DNA from: Microbotryum violaceum
Taxonomy: Eukaryota
Reading direction: 5' to 3'
NCBI GenBank assembly: GCA_001244265.2
Contig: CDLV01000006.1
Coordinates: 1,302,001 to 1,366,000 of the forward strand
DNA: 64,000 nucleotides
Shown here piece after piece: positions 11,937-23,341 of this stretch; positions within the stretch are counted from its first letter, which is position 1, and every line of letters begins with the position of its first letter. Made by a program: the position numbers and the translations under genes. The notes beneath the pieces are model-generated. The model made no database searches. It worked only from the letters and a program-made list of their open reading frames with translations, and was not told the origin of the DNA.

Positions 11937-13373
11937 TTAGACGCCTCGGCCCTCACGTCCAAGCTATCGAGAAGAAGATGAACAATTAGTAACATATACA
12001 TGTATCTTAAGCAAGCGTCATGTATCTTAAGCAAGCGTGAGATTGCATAGAAGCAAACGTCGAAGAGCTCACCTCGATGCCGAGTTGACCTCCGGGGTGA
12101 CACCTTAGGAAATCCTCTCTTCGAGCCTTGCCATCTCGACCCCATCCGATTCGCATCTTATTCAGTGTGAGGGCCACCGCATCGCCGATCGCCAGAGCCG
12201 CAACCACACTGCTTGTCGGAGCAGGGAGAGCCGAGTCGGCCTCGTCCGTGACCTTCTCACCGGTGCTCTTGGTCGAGGCACCCGTGCCGGCATCGAGCCA
12301 GCCGGCGCAAGCACGTGCGAGGACCGAATCGGGGTCGCGCGTGACGGCGATCAGTGTTCGTACACGAGGTCGGATGATGGGCAACAGTCGCATCAACTCC
12401 GCCGTGGCGCCAGAGTGCGAGATCATGAGGAGCGCGTCGCACGGAGAGGTGGGCGAACAGCGGCAGATGATTCCGAGGTCGCCGTGGAGAGCCTCGAGGG
12501 GATGCAAAAAGACGGATTGGATGCCTGGGTAGAGGTAAAGTTGGTTTACACCAGTCAATTTGCCGGATCAGAGAAGCTCGACGTGTTTGTGTGCGTGGAA
12601 ACGATGCCATGCAATCTCGGAACAGGAGGCTTACCGAGGGAACAGAACGTAGCCACCATCTTTCGGCCGACGAGACCGGATTTTCCAACACCCGTGACGA
12701 CAATCTTGCCGTGGGCGGGGAGGGAGGAAAGAGCGTCGATGACGTTGCGGAAGGCGATGTTGGATCTCGACTCTGCCCGCGATTCGACCGACGAGTCGTC
12801 GTTGTCGAGCGAGCTGACGTCCGAGGCGCGATCTTCAAAGCCAAAGCCGGGGCCGGGGAAGAGGTCATGATGCGCGAAGGGAGCTTCATCTTCGACGATC
12901 GGCTGCGCCGCCGGGGCGAGCCTCGCCGCGAGAGCCAAGAGGGCATACGCTTCGTTGCGTACGATGCTCGATGCATAGGCTGCGAGCTGGGTCGGGTTGG
13001 GCTTGAGCGGGTCCAGATCGAGCTGACTACCGGAGAGCGAGAGCTGATCGAGCACGGGCGAAAGCGACAGGCCTTTTGCGGGTGAGAGGAACGGCGATGA
13101 AGCGATGGACGATGCCGGTGAGGGTGCACTCGACGAGGCAACGGAGCGTGGTGACGATGCTTGATCAGAGTCGGATGAAGAGCTGAACGGGCTCTCGGAC
13201 AGGGAGGCGATCGACAGGTCCGACTGTCCTGCAAACAGGCAGGCTGGCGTGACGGACGACACCGAGTCATGGCGACTCCATTGGTGCTGCTGGGGCTGGG
13301 GCTGCTGGGAAGGGTGCTGTTGGTGCTGGTGCTGGCCAGATGTGAGGCTCGATGTTGAGAACGACGACGACAT
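11937..13373 (-). CDS. SIS-domain sugar-phosphate isomerase (KdsD/GutQ/KpsF-like, no CBS domains)
   Basis: GKIVVTGVGKSGLVGRK, FLHPLEALHGDLG, ISHSGATAE, APTSS..GDA and HPGGQLG; two introns; last exon LGREGRGV*. Confidence 0.88.
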
Positions 13374-14387
13374 TACGGAGGACTGAAAAGGAGTGTAGGA
13401 TAAGGGCAGGAGAAGAAAGTGGACGTGACCGAGAAGCGATGCACGATGCGGGCGAAAAAAGAGCCTGCAGTGGAGCAGGGCATCGGACTCTTTGTGACAA
13501 GACTTGCTCCGATGAGCGAAGGCTCTGCGCGCGATTGAGCGATTGATAGGTCGATCGCGGATTCCAGCTGGCGGGCTGGGCAGGCAGCGTCGGCGATGCG
13601 CGTCAAATTGGGCACATGCAAATCGCTGACAAGATCAATCAGAGAGCCCGACTCGATCTCCAAAAGTGCATCACCATGAGCCCTTTTAACACCCTGCGTA
13701 ATTCCCTCCACTTGCAATAGTAGTGTCGGGCTTAGGTCAGCTTTTCCAGCCTGCTGGACTCTGAATTACGACGCTGTCACCCGAGTGGAGGCGGCAGCTA
13801 GGCAGCTGCGCATGCATGCACTGATCCAAAGGTGGGCTCCACTACTCTCGATGCTCGAACCCGATGTCTGAAAAATGTGCTTGCGTAACGATTTGGTTAC
13901 CGAAAATAATATCAATTCTTGCTCGAAATAATCATACGACGTTCCACTACCACTAACTCTTGCTTTTCATGCTTTGCAGATCGATGCGAAAAAAAGAAAA
14001 CCTTGTGTAATCGAGGTCGCGATGGCCGAAATCAACTGACCACGCTGCCCCCGGTTCGACGCCGACCATATGCAACGTTTGAGAAGATTCATGACTTGAC
14101 CGTTCTTCGGTTCAAGTGTAGTTCTGTTCGAGCTCCTCGGAGGTGACAACAATCGCATAGCGGGATCATCTTCGTTCCCTAGTTGGCGGCATCGCCAGTG
14201 ATAGCATCATCGCCTTATATAGATCTGAATTAGCCAGGTTCAGGTGGGATGAGCTAGCAGCACGTGAAAGTCACGTGATTGCCGCTCGACTCGGGTCGAA
14301 TCGGGCCTCAGGAGTCGGGCAAGCTACCGTCCTACTCCAGCTGTGTAAGTGGATTCGGGTGCTATGCAGAAGCTAGACGATCATGCA

Positions 14388-15751
14388 ATGAAGCCGTTAA
14401 AATCATCACCTCTTGTCCGTGAAATGCCAGGCGCTGCCGGGCAGTGGAACTTGAATTCGAGCGACGAATACGGGCGTGACTGAGACGACTCTGACTCCTG
14501 ACAACAATCTCCTTCTCAGCCCCTTCATCCTCTCGAATCTGCAGCGCTGGCAGACCCCACACCTCCCCCTAGCACCCATTCTCGAGGTGTCAAAAGATGG
14601 AGAACCGACACCTTCCTCTTTCGAGACGATGGTGCTCGCCCGAATGCGCTGATTATCCTCAACACCCCGCTCGTGCGAGACGAGCTGTTCCGCAAGCTTT
14701 GGGCCGCAGGTCAATCGGATCGTGCAAAAAAGTCAACAGTGAAGAGGACAAATTGACTGACTTGGAACTTTCTCTGACAGCCTCCGTTCGTTACTGCGCT
14801 GATGGAGGCGCGAATCGGCTGTACGACGCCTCTCGATGCAAAGAGCCTTCCCAGGCAGCACGGACAAATAGAGACGACCCAACAACTATCCACCATGACA
14901 ATGACGGCGATGATATGATACCTGACCTCATAAAGGGTGACCTGGACTCGTTGCGCGACGATGTCAGGGCCTACTACGAGAGCAAGGTCCGTTCGTCGAA
15001 TCTTCGTCTCGGCTCATTCTTATGGACCCGGCTCACATGAGACATCCTGCTCCCATCTGTTACCAATCCAGAACGTCTCTATTGTCCATGATCCCGACCA
15101 ATACTCGACCGACCTGGGCAAATGTGTCGTCGCTCTGACCGAATACGAGACCAAACTTGCTACCCAAGCTACCTCCTCCACATCCAACGAACCAGCACCA
15201 CCACGGACACCCATCCAACATCAACTCGTCATCGTCGGTGGTCTGAGTGGTCGATTGGATCAGACGATCCATACATTGCATGCGTTGACGTTGTTCGACC
15301 AAGAAAGGGAAATGACCTGGGCTGTGGGACAGGAAAGTTTAGCATGTGTCTTGGGCCAGGTCAGTTTGAGATATCCTGGTACCTCCTTGGGTGGTCGGCC
15401 GAGAAGAAGCTTAACTATGTCCGACCATAGGGTATACACGATATCAGTACAAATCTCAAATATTTTGGCGATACGTGCGGCATTTTACCCGTTGGTGAAC
15501 CGGCCAAAGTCATAACCTCTGGCCTCAAATGGGATCTCACCCCGACTACTTGTGAGGCATTTGCAAGGATCAGTCCAGCTGAGGCATGAGCAATGTAGCT
15601 GAGGGGTTTGCTGTGCCTCACAGTTGCGTATCCTACGTCAATTGCGGCGGGCGTCTCTTCGTCGAATCATTTGCCTCAAGAGACCGTTACAATCTCGACC
15701 GACGTTCCAGTGGTTTGGACCGTCGAGGTTCGATCGACGACTCGACCGTGA
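14388..15751 (+). CDS. THI80: Thiamine pyrophosphokinase; first exon uncertain
   Basis: ALIILNTP, CADGGANRLYD, PDLIKGDLDS, DQYSTDLGK, GGLSGRLDQT, TSGLKWDL and SSSNH...VVWTVE. Confidence 0.92.
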
Positions 15752-15968
15752 CTCTCGTTTGTTAATCTGACCTGCTCTTCTCGTATATCTTAACCTATCC
15801 GTACTTCTCTCAGTGCATCCATTACGTTTGACTTATCTACTGCTTTCTTTGCGATATCCAAACTCGCCAAATCTATGTGGCCCCAGAAAATACTGCCGAG
15901 AACTCACCCAAAGCCTTTTCCTCGACAGGCTTGTCGCTCCCTCCTTGTCGCTCCCTCGTCTCCCTGAA

Positions 15969-17225
15969 CTAACCCTCCGTCTTCATAAAGTTATAATGGA
16001 ACACAATCGCATCGACGTACTCCTCCCCCTCCCCCTCTGCCTTCTTCAGCAAGCCCGCGTTCGGGATCAAGCCCGCTCTTTGGAATCCGAGCGAGTCCCA
16101 AATTTTGACCGAGGCGATGTTGTTGACGTACACGAGGTTGAAGACGGAGCCTTTGTAGCCTATTAGAACAGGACGGATTCATATTCTAGAAGCTGGGATA
16201 GGCGAGACAAGGGTTCAGAGTTGTGACGGACCTAGTAAAGGCGCGTAGTGGAGGTAAGAACGACCGAGCGTTTTGCCGACTTTGAGACCACGGTGAACTG
16301 GAGGAACGACAAAGCCGCCGTTGCAGTTCTGGTCGACGAGGATCATAGATTCAGTAAGGACAGGCGACGACCTAAATCGAAGGCACGCATTCAGCGCTTA
16401 CATGTGAAGATCGACCCGGATAATTGGGCTGCGGTGGGGAGAAATTTCGAGGATGAGATAGCTTCCTCATCGAAACGGTGTGACAACGATGAGTGCCTAC
16501 TTTGATATCTGCCACACGAAATCAGAAGCATGCATCAGCAACCGAAAAATGCCCACATTCCTGACCGCCGTCCCACTCCCGCGGATGAAGAAAGATTTTT
16601 CCCGGAGGACTCGTCTCTCGGCGACTCACAATACATGCCCAACACCACATCTTTCCACTCCCTTCCAGCTCTGATGGTGTCTAATGCTAGGCCTTTTTCC
16701 CTATAGACTCCGTTTTCGGGCATTCTCCCTTCAAAGGGGGTCTCGTCGAGCAAACCTAGGAAACAGTTGGTAGCTTCGCGTGGGGGAGAAGGATGTCGGT
16801 CCAAGATGTGGGGCTTGAATGCTTCGGAGGGACGTACCGAAAAAGTATCCTGCCTATTCAGTATGCAAACCATCGTATCAGCCACACTTCATCTCCATCA
16901 TCGCCCCACGCTCTCCAATCAACCTCCCCCACCCATCCCTCCGCGCCACCCCACCTCTTTCTCCCCCATTTCAAACTCACAAACTCACAAATTGCTCATA
17001 GCTCTGCTCCCCCATTTGCGGATACGTCCTTCCTTCCTTGACCACATCATTGAATACGCCCTGGAGATAGCCGATCAATTCCTCCGGGATGGTAGAGCGC
17101 GTAAGGGGGAAGACGGTCAGGCGTTTGGTGGAAGGATCTTGGTCGTGAAGAGGGAAGGATCGCGGTTCGAGGGGCGGGGTGGCGGATGTTATAGAGGGAC
17201 GAGTTATGGTTCCGTAGGCGGACAT
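15969..17225 (-). CDS. MPR1: GNAT N-acetyltransferase, L-azetidine-2-carboxylate acetyltransferase (MPR1-like)
   Basis: MSAYG start, EGRTYPQ, PNYPGRSSH, VPPVHRGLKVGKTLGRSYLHYAPLLG, YKGSVFNLVYVNN and WDSLGFQRAGLIPNAG. Confidence 0.85.
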
Positions 17226-17524
17226 GGTGGGAGAAGAGGTGGGAGAAGAGGTGGGAGAAGAGTGAGGAAGAAACGGAAGCGGAGTGAGAGACGTGGGGGG
17301 AGCGCGCAGAGGGGGGTCCTCGAGCGGAAGTGGGGCGAACCGGACCGAATTAGGTTGAGGTGGCATCAGAGTTCTTCTTTCAAATAATAACTCGGGGGCT
17401 GTTTCAACTTCGACATGTGCATTACGTATATTGCATAAAAACCAGTATTAAGGGCCCAGCCAGGGTTCAAACTAGGCGAGAAGGTAGTTTTTCGACTTGG
17501 TTCCATTGCCTCTTGAAAACATCG

Positions 17525-19014
17525 TCATGATGACTCGAACATCCTATCAATAGCTTCCTGAGAATCGACCGAGATTTTTGGGGCTGTGCATCGCGATTGA
17601 TCTCCCCAAGTCAGCATGGTGCCTGATCACTGAGGCCGGATGCAATGAAGAAACTCACGACTCGACGGCTCGTGCCTTGCCATGTAGGCAATCAGACTAC
17701 TCTTCAGACTCGACATCTCTTCCGTATCCGATGACGTCATTGTAGGCGTCCCCGCTACCCCTCGTGTACCTAATGGGCTTCCCTGCGTCGAAGGCGATGC
17801 GTTCGTCCTCAACTCGCCGACGTAGGATTTCCTCAGCGCACTCGCAACGATCGGTCGAGACGACGATGCCGGAGTTTGAGGTGAAGGAGGTTGAGGAGAC
17901 GACATGGCCGAAGCGCGGAATGTTCGTGTGGGTGATCCAGACATGGTATTAATCGATGAGCTGCCTCCGAGAGGAGATCCGCCGGGGAGGGTTGAAGGGG
18001 AGGCAAAGCAGGTCGAGCGAGTTTTGGGCGACGACTGCACGGGCGCCGAAAATTGTGGTGTGCCCGAAACGGTGCGGCGCAGATGGGGTGACGAGGAGCT
18101 TTTGCTTGGGGTTGAGGGGCGCGGCGGTGGCAGAGAGGAGAGGCTGTTGAGCGAGCACATCGAGTCGGCGACGTTGTAGCAGAGCAGGATGAAAAGGCCC
18201 TTTTCGAGCAGGTTCAACGGTGTCGAGAGCGAGGGTAACAAGTCGGAGAGGTGGTCAGAGGTGTATCTGCGTTGAGGGGGTTAGGAGCCGGTCTCAGTAT
18301 CGAAGAGCGGTGACAGAGGCCGTCCGCACTCACTTGTAGACCTGCGTTCTGGAGCTAATCCACCACAGCACGAGTAGGACGGCATTGGTGCGTAGTCTCC
18401 GGGCGACCTCCTGTCGAGTCATGGGTGGTAGGGGTCTTCGTTTGGTCGTCGACACTTCCGGCTTCGTTGACGACGCGGCACTGCTGCGTGTGGCCGCCAC
18501 TGAGGTCGCCACGATGGAGGAGGTCATGGCGGCGGGCGCGAGGGGTGCCATGGCTTTGACAGGTGTCGTGTTGCCTGCGCCGGCTGTCCAGCCCGACGGG
18601 AAGGACCGATGCGGTGTCACACTCTTGTTGGTGTTGATATGGGACAGCTCACGCGAGTTGGAAGGGGAGGCGGAGGCAGACGCGGATGCGGAGGTCGAAA
18701 GGGGCCTTGCGATCGGAAATCGGGGCGAGGGCGAGGCCAAGGCGGTGGGTGCGGGGTTCAGCGGTGTCGATCCATTCGACAGCACGCGTGTCAGCGGAAC
18801 GGGGGAGAAGGACGACGGCGTGGAAGAGGTCGCGCCAGGGTTGAGGTTGGGGTAACGGGACAGCTGTGTTTTCCGCGGGGACGAGCTCGACAACGGACTA
18901 TTGCCGGCCGTCGCGTCGGTGGTGAAGCGCACGTTACGCGGTGCGGTGCCCGGTTGAGACGTCTGGGGCGAGCTCGTGTTGGCAGGAGCACCGCTGTTGG
19001 GTTCTTGTTGTTGT

Positions 19015-19049
<35 letters not shown>

Positions 19050-19178
19050 CTGCGACTGCTGAGTAAGATCAGGCACAGAGGCGGATGGTCGTATGCGACG
19101 TCCCAGCGGCGAGGGCGTGGCCTGGGTCTGGATCTGGATCTGCACCAGAGATCCGCCGCACGAGGTCGAGTGATTCAT
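17525..19178 (-). CDS. Ser/Pro-rich protein with two hydrophobic segments; possible nuclear pore membrane protein (POM34-like)
   Basis: Three exons; RRLRTNAVLLVLWW and LFILLCYNV segments flanked by many SP/TP sites; family call is pattern recognition only. Confidence 0.55.
19005..19052 (-). repeat. Coding CAG/CAA repeat, polyglutamine Q16
   Basis: (ttg/ctg)x16 on the plus strand within the 17525-19178 gene. Confidence 0.9.
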
Positions 19179-19980
19179 CGTTGGGGAAAGATCAAGCGAC
19201 TACAAGTGTGTCGGTAGGACACGAGGTATCGTTCTTGGCGTGATGATGACCGTGTGACCGTGTGACCAGGGTCGAATCGAGTCGCAATCGTTGTACGGGG
19301 GCGGTATCAAAGCTGGCGGGTGTTGCTGTTGGGGAATTATGTCAGACGGGGCCACGCCGGGACAAGGTGGAATTTGTTTCGGGCGATGCGCGGTGGGGAT
19401 TGGTTGAACTGTGACGGGGCGGCGGCGACGGACACGGTCAGTGTCGTCGAGAGGTGGTCGAGCGAGGTACAGGACTTGCTGAAAGTCTCTTGCGGGGAAG
19501 CGGTCGAGCCGGGACGGTGGTGCGAGCGGAGGTTGCGGGGTAGACCACCTATGGGCGCATGAGTGCCAGCTCAGGAGGTCAAAGGGAACCCGTAGTGCGC
19601 GCCGGGGTCATCACAAGTACAACCCGTCGGGATTTTAACGCGCTGGGCAATCTTTTTATTTATTTTATTTGATAGACTTCATTAACAGCATAATTATATT
19701 AATACCTAGAAATCTTCGGAAAAGTCGGAGGGAATGCTGTTACGCACACTGGCAGAAGCCAGTAGTGTAGGACTCATTGACCCTGAACCAGGATCAACCA
19801 TACCCACTAAAACCCCCTTTGGTGTCTTACAGAGACACTAGGCGACCCTTGGACCCCTGGATAGAGGCTCGAAGCCCCTCGAACTCCGTTTCGGTGATCG
19901 GTTCCAAAAGATCCGACGAGAATCGACGACGGCGACAGAGCTTCCAGATCGAGGGGCATATGGCCGGTCAACCCCATTAC

Positions 19981-20114
19981 TAATCGTAATCGTACTCGTA
20001 ATCGTAATCGTAATCGTAATCGTAATCGTAATCGTAATCGTAATCGTAATCGTAATCGTAATCGTAATCGTAATCGTAATCGTAATCGTGGAATCGTGGA
20101 ATCGTGGAATCGTG
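19981..20114. repeat. (TAATCG)n hexamer microsatellite followed by TGGAATCG octamers
   Basis: About 18 TAATCG units (one TACTCG variant), then 3-4 TGGAATCG units. Confidence 0.95.
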
Positions 20115-20291
20115 GCAAGCAGGCCCGCCTTGTCCTGAATTGGACTCGCGGAATAAGTACTCGGATCGCCTGCCTCCTCTTCTACCCCACCTGCTTAGCA
20201 CTGCCAGCTCCCACACTCTCACAGTGAGCGTCCCCACTCGAGCGTGCTGCGTCGCTGCGTCGTACCTATTCTCTCTCGTACGCCTCGCAAC

Positions 20292-21251
20292 AGTGAGTGG
20301 CCCGAGTAGCGGCTTGCAACCAACCAACCTTTCTGCGATCGACGACCACTGACCACTGCATTACCTGATCTGAAACCGGCGGCAGTGGCCTCGGAACTGC
20401 AGTCGCTTGATCTGAGTCGATTGCTCGGCGCGCACGCGGTGCTGTCGCTGCTCACCAACCTCTCGAATGCGCCAGTGTGGAACTTGCCGCTCAGCCTCTA
20501 TGGCTTGGTCGTAGTATCCCACCACGCCGATGACGGCGGTGACTCGGTTCGCCAGGTTAGTCGCATTCGGTGCAGCAGGTTCCACGCACCGCCACACACT
20601 CGACGTGTCCCCACCAGCGTCGGTCACTAATGACGAGCTTCCTTTCGTTTCGTATCCAGTTCGCTGCCCTGTATGCGTTCTCCTTCTTCCTCGACGCTCT
20701 ATGGCTACTGTCCAACTCGACCTACACCTCGACATGGTTCTTCATCGTCGTCAACTTCCTGCTCAAGGTCAGGCAGTGCTAGATTCGATGACGGCCTGCG
20801 AGCTCGGACCTATGCTCTTTCAAGATTTCACTTCAAGGCTCGCTTGCTGACACGACCTCCCCTGTGTATATTTCGCTCGTCGTAGCCGGTGACTCTACTG
20901 TCGACACTGGGTCAATTGCGACTCCGTGGACATGCGACCTTCAGCTTGCCCGGCGGTTTCAGCCTTCCGGGAGGCAACGATCAGTTCGGCGGCAACGGTG
21001 GCTTCCCTCCCGCTCGAACGGGCGCGAATGAGACCATGTGGCAAGCACCGTCCGGTGCAGGAGGCTACCATGAGCGAACCTTTTCTCAAGAAGAACGTGG
21101 CGTACCTTCACCTTCGACTGCGGCGGCGGCTCCGACGACGGCTCCTCCGAGTGCCTCGAAACTGGTCGGCCCAGTTGCGGTGGGTGGAAATGCAGGGGGC
21201 CAGGGATATCAAGGGCGGAGCGAAGGAGGGGGATACCATACGCTCGAGTGA
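20292..21251 (+). CDS. Small multi-pass membrane protein with Gly-rich tail ending GGYHTLE; ATG apparently split by an intron
   Basis: Spliced exons MASELQSLDLSRLLGAH...WNLPLSLYGL, FAALYAFSFFLDALWL...NFLLK and PVTLLSTLGQLRLRG... Confidence 0.8.
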
Positions 21252-21656
21252 GATGTTTTGTTTTGGTTTATATCTCGACCGCGTAGTAGGCATAACAGTT
21301 TGGTAATGCACCTTCTCCCGAAAGAAGGGAACCGGGCGAGACAAAGAAATTGTTCAAGTCTGCAAAGAAGAATTAGCCGGATTGAAATGAGCCGAACTGG
21401 CGGAAGACATTTGCCTTCTCCTGCGCACACTGGACTGTTCACCCTGCCCACAACCTTAAACGAGGAGCTACCTACCGCTCGTTCAATACACTATCTGGCC
21501 ATTCGATCCAGCACCTCGCGTTACTTGAACCGCTGTCACTGAGTCGACGCTCGGCTACCCGCGATCCCGTGATCCCCGACCAAGTTCCCTCAGCCTGCGG
21601 TACACTACCCTTCTCCGCACACTCTCCGCTAGTCCTACCGTTTGAGCTCTACGACA

Positions 21657-23262
21657 ATGTCTCGCCGAGTCCCACGAGTCGTCGTCACGAACGACGATGG
21701 ACCCCCCACGGACCTGTCCGGTCACTCACCCTTCGTCTACCCTTTCGCGTGTGCGCTCGCCGGACAACTCGGGTGGGACGTCAAGGTCGTCGTTCCTTCG
21801 AGTCAGAGGTCTTGGTAAGGAAGAGTATTACTATCCGGTGTATCAGAAAGGGCATCGCGGGGCTTGATACCTGTTTTTGGCGAGCTCGATCTGACCCACC
21901 CCCCACTTTTTGGCTCGGACAGGGTCGGCAAGTCTTACGCTATCACCCAGGTGACCACGGGCCGATACTTTTACCCTACTGGACCGAACGGCACTGATGG
22001 CGAGCAGTGCGAGTTGCCTCGACCTTTGAAGGAGGGGGAAAAGACGGAATGGGTCTTGTAAGTGATTCTACTGAGTCCGAGAGAATTTCCCGAACTGCGA
22101 TAATTTAAGGACGAGACTGCTAGGAGGAAGTTGTTGAATCATATCTAATATCTATCCTGATTCTTTTACAGACTCGACGGGACACCGGGTGGGTAACTTA
22201 TCGGGCCAGCGCAAAGGAGCCAAGCTGGCTAATGTCTCTCCCATGCTTGCAGCCACCTGCGCCAACATCGCCATTCACTCCCTTTACCCACCGGGTTCGA
22301 TCGACCTCGTCATATCAGGCCCCAACTTTGGTCGCAATACCTCGACCGCTTTCGCATTATCCTCGTCAGTGAATAAGCCAGATTCTGACTGCTACATATC
22401 TTCGTCAGTGACTCAGCCAGATTCTAACTGCTACATATACAACTTTAGAGGCACGATCGGAGCCGCAATGGCTGCGTCCTTGTCCCATATCCCGGCCATC
22501 GCACTCTCCTGGGGTCTCATGGAAGGCTACAAACCTCCCTCCCAATCTTTCATCCAAGGTGCCGTCGACGTATCCTGCCAAATCGCTTCCAAGCTCTGGG
22601 AACTAGGATGGGAACAGGCCGACAGCGAGCATCGCGTCGACGTTTATTCGGTCAACGTGCCTTTGATGCCTTCGATCATCTCCAAAGGGGGGCCGACGGT
22701 TTATTGGACTGAGATGGCCAAGACCAAGTATCAAAGATTGTTTAAATCGACGGCCAAGATCCCTGCGCCCGTCGTCAAGGACGGGGGACCCGCTGCAATT
22801 CCAGCGGACAACATGTCTTCGGTCGAACAAGGGAAGGAGCAGGAAGCCACTGAGGGTCAGGCATCTGGGGCAGAGGCGTTGAGGATGGTCGATTCACACT
22901 ACCAGGCACCGCTCAGGTTTGTGTTTGCGCCTGATATTGGTCCTTTGATTAATCCGAGCCCTGCGTCGTTGGTGAGTGATACCATGGCTTGCTTTCCGAG
23001 GGGCGATGGTAGTATTTTGGCTCATCGGACGATTCGTCGGGCATTGCAGCAAGAAGGAACGGATAATCATGCGCTTATGGTCAGTTCTACTCTTTTTCCT
23101 TTATAAGACGTAACCTGTGCTGTACATCATCTTAGCTGAATTCTCGTACGTCCTCAACAGCACGGCGCGATCTCGGTCACGCCTATCCAAGCCGCTTTCG
23201 CCTCGGCTGACTTCCCGAGAGGGAAGGCAATCGAGACTGATGGGCTCAAGTGGAGGTTGTAG
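21657..23262 (+). CDS. SurE-like 5'/3'-nucleotidase/phosphatase
   Basis: VVVTNDDGPP, VVPSSQRSWVGK, DGTPATCANIA, DLVISGPNFGRN, SSGTIGAA and GAISVTP. Confidence 0.9.
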
Positions 23263-23341
23263 GATCGGGGGAGTGCAGGGAAAGTTTTTTGGATATCGTA
23301 TCTACATGGAAAGCATCTATTGGGTCTATTATAATTTATAA

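Noticed and set aside
11999..12038. 20-bp tandem duplication in the last SIS-gene intron
   Set aside because: Real, but it does not touch splice signals; likely neutral slippage
14400..14545. TPP riboswitch in the THI80 first intron
   Set aside because: CTGAGA and GAACTTGA-like words occur in the wrong order and there is no TAAT..GCG core
19807..20327. ORFs encoding (RL)n and (YD)n peptides
   Set aside because: They are translations of the TAATCG microsatellite with no other coding evidence
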